From Bacillota bacterium (GTDB lineage: Bacteria > Bacillota > Sulfobacillia > JAJZYS01 > JAJZLH01): a DNA stretch of 64,000 bases. A model generated the notes under the pieces. It ran no database searches. It had not been told where the DNA came from and was given only the letters and a program-made list of their open reading frames with translations. Where the stretch lies: assembly GCA_021850485.1 (NCBI GenBank), contig JAJZLY010000007.1:26973-90972 (forward strand). The letters are read 5' to 3'. Both the position numbers and the translations under genes were made by a program. Below are positions 59,751 to 64,000 of the stretch, one piece after another; position 1 is the stretch's first letter, and each line of letters opens with the position of its first letter.

Positions 59751-59771
59751 GCTGGGGAATGAGGTGCGGGC

Positions 59772-60755
59772 TTGCTGGATCAACTCCTGGCTTTTTGCCG
59801 GGTGGTGGAGGAAGAGAGCTTCACCAGGGCGGCCCGGGTCTTACATCGCAGCCAACCGGCGGTCACCAAGCAGGTGGCCCGCCTGGAACAAGACCTGGGC
59901 ATGCTGTTGCTGGACCGCAAGGGGCGCCAGGTGTCGCCAACGGCCTCTGGCCGGCTGGTCTACACCTACGCCAAGCGGGTTTCCACCACCATCTCCGATC
60001 TCGAGGTGCTGGTCCGGGACATGCACACCCCCGGCCACGGTCACGTGTGGGTGGGATCGGTCACCGCGCTCAGTGTCTACACCCTGCCGCCGCTTTTGGC
60101 CGCCTTCACCACCCGCTGGCCAAAGGTGCGCTTGCATGTCCGCACCGGTCAGATCCAAGAGACGGTGGAACGGGTGCTCACCAACGATGTGGACGTCGGC
60201 TTCGTGACGGTGCCCGTCAGTCACAGCGGTCTGATCGCCACGCCGTTGTTTCGCGACCCGGTGGTGCTGGTGGCGTCACCCGCCCTGGCTCGGGATTTGC
60301 CGCGGCCGCTTCCGCTGTCCGACTTGGGCCATCTGCCGCAGGTCGGCTATCAGGCCCCGTCGCGCTTTCGCTCTTTCGTGGACGCAGCATTGGAGCAAGC
60401 TGGCGTCTCGCCAGAAGTCAGCTTGGAGTTCGACAGCCAAGAGGCCGTGGTGACGATGGTGGGACTGGGCTTTGGCGCCGCCTTCGTCCCGCTATCCACG
60501 GTCAAGGCGGCCTTGGCCAGCGGCGCCTTGGTCGCCCTGCCGGTGGAGGGGCTGGCCGATTTGGCCCGCACCACGTGCCTGATCACACCGCGCGACACCC
60601 CGCGGCCACCGGCGACGCGGGCCTTTTTGGCCATGGCCCTAGATCATCTGTTTTCTCCCGATGACGACGGCACCTGGACCGTCGGTGCCCACTGCCCGCT
60701 GCCGCCGTCGTGGCCGCAAGCGGGAGAACGGACGGGGCGAGCGAACACTCGCTAG
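59772..60755 (+). CDS. LysR-family transcriptional regulator
   Basis: HTH (FTRAARVLHRSQPAVTKQVARLE) and LysR substrate-binding domain. TTG start after GAGGTG. Confidence 0.8.
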   Translation: MLDQLLAFCRVVEEESFTRAARVLHRSQPAVTKQVARLEQDLGMLLLDRKGRQVSPTASGRLVYTYAKRVSTTISDLEVLVRDMHTPGHGHVWVGSVTALSVYTLPPLLAAFTTRWPKVRLHVRTGQIQETVERVLTNDVDVGFVTVPVSHSGLIATPLFRDPVVLVASPALARDLPRPLPLSDLGHLPQVGYQAPSRFRSFVDAALEQAGVSPEVSLEFDSQEAVVTMVGLGFGAAFVPLSTVKAALASGALVALPVEGLADLARTTCLITPRDTPRPPATRAFLAMALDHLFSPDDDGTWTVGAHCPLPPSWPQAGERTGRANTR

Positions 60756-60782
60756 AGTGACCAACCAGGAAGGAGCTCCCAC

Positions 60783-61625
60783 ATGCCGATGACCGTCCGC
60801 CGCTTCGTGCGCGGCCCCAAACCGCTGTGCGTGGTCACCGCCTATGACTACCCGTCCGCCCGTCTGGCCGATCAGGCCGCTGTGGACGCCATCTTGGTCG
60901 GAGACTCGGTCGGCCAGGTGGTCCAGGGCTACCCGGACACCCTCAGCGTCACCTTGGACGAAATGATCTACCACACCAAGATGGTGGCGAGGGCGGCCCA
61001 AGATGCCCTGGTGATCGGCGACATGCCGTTTATGAGCTATCAGGACTCCACCGAGCACGCCTTGGTTTCAGCCGGGCGCCTGATGAAAGAGGCGCGCTGT
61101 GCAGCCGTCAAGTTAGAAGGCGGCAGCCGGATGGCGGAGACGGTGCTGAAGATGGTGGAGTGCGGCATTCCAGTCATGGGGCACATCGGCTACACGCCGC
61201 AGTCTGTGCACACCTTGGGCAGCGGCCGGGCCCAAGGACGCGATCTGGAGGCGGCCCGCCGCGTGCTCACTGACGCCCTCGACCTGGAAGCGGCAGGCGC
61301 CTTCGCCGTGGTGCTGGAGGTGATGCCGCATCGCCTGGCGTCACTGATCACGGCCCAACTGCACGTTCCCACCATCGGCATCGGCGCCGGCCCCGGCTGC
61401 TCCGGCCAGGTGCTGGTCTGGCACGATCTGCTGGCCATGCCGGACCTCGGCTTGCGACACAGTCACGCCTTCGCTCAAGTGGGCGAGGCGGCGCTGGCTG
61501 GACTGAGGGCCTATCGTCAGGCGGTCACCGACGGCTCCTTTCCCACCATCGCCCATTCGGTCGAGATGGCGGACGAGATTGCCGTCCAACTGGAACAAGA
61601 GATCCCGGGGTCGCCCCAGGCTTAG
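60783..61625 (+). CDS. panB: 3-methyl-2-oxobutanoate hydroxymethyltransferase
   Basis: VVTAYDYPSARLADQA...ILVGDSVG...VKLEGG is canonical PanB. Confidence 0.9.
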   Translation: MPMTVRRFVRGPKPLCVVTAYDYPSARLADQAAVDAILVGDSVGQVVQGYPDTLSVTLDEMIYHTKMVARAAQDALVIGDMPFMSYQDSTEHALVSAGRLMKEARCAAVKLEGGSRMAETVLKMVECGIPVMGHIGYTPQSVHTLGSGRAQGRDLEAARRVLTDALDLEAAGAFAVVLEVMPHRLASLITAQLHVPTIGIGAGPGCSGQVLVWHDLLAMPDLGLRHSHAFAQVGEAALAGLRAYRQAVTDGSFPTIAHSVEMADEIAVQLEQEIPGSPQA

Positions 61626-62917
61626 ATCTGGCTTTCGGCCACCTGGGCGAACACCTGGCGACTGGCGGCCACTGTCCGCTCGATCAGGGCCGGGTCGTGG
61701 GCCAGGGAGATAAACACCGCTTCGAACTGAGACGGCGCCATGAACACGCCTTGATCGAGCATGCCGTGGAAGTAACGGGCATAGGACGGGCGAGAGCAGG
61801 CCTGCGCCTGGGAGAAATCCCGCACCGGACCGGGGCTGAAAAACGGTGTGAAGATGGTCCACGCCCGGTTCACGGCCAGCGGCACTCCATTCACCCGAGC
61901 GGCTTCGGCCAGGCCGTCTGCCAGCATGCTGGCCATCTCCTCCAGCCGCCCATAGGTGCCCGGCTGCACCAGCTGATCGAGTGCTGCGATCCCAGCCGCC
62001 ATGGCCAGGGGGTTCCCGGACAAGGTCCCGGCCTGATAGACCTTCCCCGCCGGCGCTACCATCTCCATCAGGTCGCGCCGGCCGCCGTAGGCTCCAACCG
62101 GCAGACCGCCACCGATCACCTTGCCCAGGCAGGTCAGATCCGGCGTGACATCGCATCGCGCCTGGGCCCCGCCGTAGGCGACCCGAAACCCCGTGATCAC
62201 TTCGTCGAAGATGAGCAGGGCTCCGTGCTCGGTGGTGAGCTGGCGCAGGGCGGCCAGGAAACCGTCGGCAGCCGGGACCACGCCCATGTTCCCAGCCACG
62301 GGCTCGACGATCACTGCCGCCACCTCGGGGCCGCGTTGGGCGAACAGAGCCTGGACTCCAGCCAGGTCGTTGTAAGCGACGGCCACGGTGTCCGCAACCG
62401 CCGCCTCGGTCACCCCAGGGCTAGACGGGATGCCGAGAGTGGCCATACCGGAGCCTGCCGACACCATCAAGGCATCCACGTGACCGTGATAGCAGCCGAT
62501 GAACTTGACGATCAGGCTGCGGCCGGTGGCAGCCCGAGCCAGGCGGATGGCGCTCATCGTCGCTTCGGTGCCAGAATTCACCATCCTGATCCGCTCCACG
62601 GACGGCATGGCGGCCTGGATGCGCGCTGCCAGTTCCACCTCCAGCCGCGATGGGGTGCCGAAACTGGTGCCATTGGCGGCCGCCTCGGTGATCGCTGCCA
62701 CCACCGCCGGATGGGCATGGCCCAAGATCAGCGGTCCCCACGAGGAGACATAATCAACCAGGCGTTCGCCGTCTTCGGTATACAGGTACGGACCGGCCGC
62801 CCGGGCGGTGAAGAAGGGCTCACCCCCGACCGCACCAAAGGCGCGCACTGGACTGTTCACCCCGCCCGGCATCAGCTCGATTGCCCGCGTGTACAACTGA
62901 TGCGAGCGGTCACCCAT
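61622..62917 (-). CDS. hemL: Glutamate-1-semialdehyde 2,1-aminomutase
   Basis: MPGGVNSPVRAF... with the PLP lysine region (LTCLGKVIGGG) and IFDEVITGFR. Confidence 0.9.
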   Translation of the reverse strand: MGDRSHQLYTRAIELMPGGVNSPVRAFGAVGGEPFFTARAAGPYLYTEDGERLVDYVSSWGPLILGHAHPAVVAAITEAAANGTSFGTPSRLEVELAARIQAAMPSVERIRMVNSGTEATMSAIRLARAATGRSLIVKFIGCYHGHVDALMVSAGSGMATLGIPSSPGVTEAAVADTVAVAYNDLAGVQALFAQRGPEVAAVIVEPVAGNMGVVPAADGFLAALRQLTTEHGALLIFDEVITGFRVAYGGAQARCDVTPDLTCLGKVIGGGLPVGAYGGRRDLMEMVAPAGKVYQAGTLSGNPLAMAAGIAALDQLVQPGTYGRLEEMASMLADGLAEAARVNGVPLAVNRAWTIFTPFFSPGPVRDFSQAQACSRPSYARYFHGMLDQGVFMAPSQFEAVFISLAHDPALIERTVAASRQVFAQVAESQI

Positions 62918-62928
62918 CGGATTGCCTC

Positions 62929-63945
62929 CTAGCGTCCGGCCTGAAACCGGAAGTTGATCATGTCACCGTCTTGAACCGGATACTCCTTGCCCTCCAGCCG
63001 CCAATGCCCCTTTTCCTTCGCCACGCTCATGGAGAGCCCATCTTCCACGAAGCGGTCATAAGCCACCACCTCGGCCCGGATGAAGCCGCGGGCGATATCG
63101 GAGTGGATCTTGCCCGCCGCCTCCTTGGCGCCAAGCCCGGCCTCGATCGTCCAGGCCCGCACTTCGTCTTCGCCCGCCGTCAAGAACGAAGCCAGTCCCA
63201 GGTGCTGATAGACAGTCCGGCTGAGCCGGCTGATGCCATCTTCCTCGAAACCGAGGGTTTCCAAGAAGGCCTGGCGCTCGGCGGGTGCCAGTTGAGCGAT
63301 CTCCTGTTCGATCAGGGCAGATGTGACCAGCACCGGTTCAGGCAGCCCACGGGCCAAGGTGGCCCCTTGATCTAGATCTTCTTCGGCCAAATTCAAGACG
63401 TAGATCACTGGTTTCAAGGTGAGCAGGCCGATGCTGCGCAGGGCCGCCAGTTGATCTTTGGCCAGACCCACGGAGCGCACGGTCCGGCCCTCGGACAGGG
63501 CAAGGTGGCAGCGTTCCAGCGCCCCCCGCTCGATCTCATCGGCAGCGGTCCTCTTTTGCTTGGCGAGGCGGTCCAGGCGCTTTTCGACAATCTCCAGATC
63601 CGCCATCGCCAGCTCCAGCAATATGGTCTCAGCGGCTTCTTGCGGTGGTGGACCGCCGGCTTGGGCAAAGCCAGCCAGGACCGGAATCAGGGCGTCCACC
63701 TGGCGGATCTCGGCCAGAAAGCGGCGACTTTCGTCTCCGCCCTCTCCGGGGCGCAGGGCCGGTGTGTCGACCAGTCCAATCTGAGCCGGCGTCACCCGCT
63801 TCGGGTGGAAGGCGTCGGTTAGGACGACAAGGCGCGCATCGGCGACGGCCATCACGCCCTTCTCGGCGGCCGCATGGCTCGCCAGTGGGCGGCCGGTGAG
63901 CAACGAAAAGAAGGTACTCTTGCCGACGCGCGGGTAGCCGATCAA
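62929..63945 (-). CDS. ychF: Redox-regulated ATPase YchF
   Basis: G1 motif GYPRVGKST, then TGS/YchF C-terminal domain. The TTG start at 63943-63945 is probably too short; a CTG at 63958-63960 sits 8 nt after GGAGG. Confidence 0.75.
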   Translation of the reverse strand: MIGYPRVGKSTFFSLLTGRPLASHAAAEKGVMAVADARLVVLTDAFHPKRVTPAQIGLVDTPALRPGEGGDESRRFLAEIRQVDALIPVLAGFAQAGGPPPQEAAETILLELAMADLEIVEKRLDRLAKQKRTAADEIERGALERCHLALSEGRTVRSVGLAKDQLAALRSIGLLTLKPVIYVLNLAEEDLDQGATLARGLPEPVLVTSALIEQEIAQLAPAERQAFLETLGFEEDGISRLSRTVYQHLGLASFLTAGEDEVRAWTIEAGLGAKEAAGKIHSDIARGFIRAEVVAYDRFVEDGLSMSVAKEKGHWRLEGKEYPVQDGDMINFRFQAGR

Positions 63946-64000
63946 AGCAGCCTCTAGCAGAGTATTCGCCTCCTGGAGCGGGTGGGGACTTGCGTCTTGG

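Overview
This 64-kb window is high-GC (~67%) bacterial chromosome, densely packed with housekeeping and metabolic genes, mostly on the minus strand. I find no CRISPR array, integrase, transposase, phage genes or recognisable defence system.

Main content, 5' to 3':
- A CO-dehydrogenase-like xanthine-dehydrogenase-family molybdoenzyme cluster. It runs coxG-coxM-coxS-coxD-coxE-xdhC-coxL. coxL runs off the 5' edge of the window and is absent from the ORF track. Upstream of coxG are a tandem flavin-reductase-like protein, a CE4-like deacetylase and a GT4 glycosyltransferase.
- A menaquinone operon, menF-menD-menH-menB-menE-menA, with no menC.
- Assorted small enzymes and transporters.
- Three tRNAs (Arg-TCT, Gly-TCC, Pro-TGG) on the minus strand, interleaved with plus-strand SPFH and GAF-GGDEF genes.
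- rph-rdgB, then an NCS1 nucleobase permease preceded by a textbook PurR PurBox pair.
- panE, a tmRNA (ssrA, tag (A)NNSYALAA), smpB and secG.
- The glycolytic operon gap-pgk-tpiA-gpmI-eno.
- glnR-glnA with a perfect GlnR/TnrA operator.
- A phoP/phoR-like two-component system followed by pstB-phoU without pstSCA.
- An unusual HprK-like P-loop / Asp23 fusion protein.
- A LysR regulator divergent from a DUF318 permease.
- A PadR regulator plus its membrane partner, flanked by two identical 29-nt palindromes.
- A MacAB-like efflux system, an S9 peptidase, lpdA, citZ, korAB with a divergent LysR, panB, hemL and ychF.

The Firmicute-type regulatory sites (GlnR box, PurBox), the gap...eno-secG-smpB-ssrA synteny, rph-rdgB and the YknXYZ-like efflux system suggest a high-GC member of Bacillota (Symbiobacterium-, Thermaerobacter- or Limnochordia-like). 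That is inference, not a database result.

All calls are from reading motifs and translations by eye. No searches were run.
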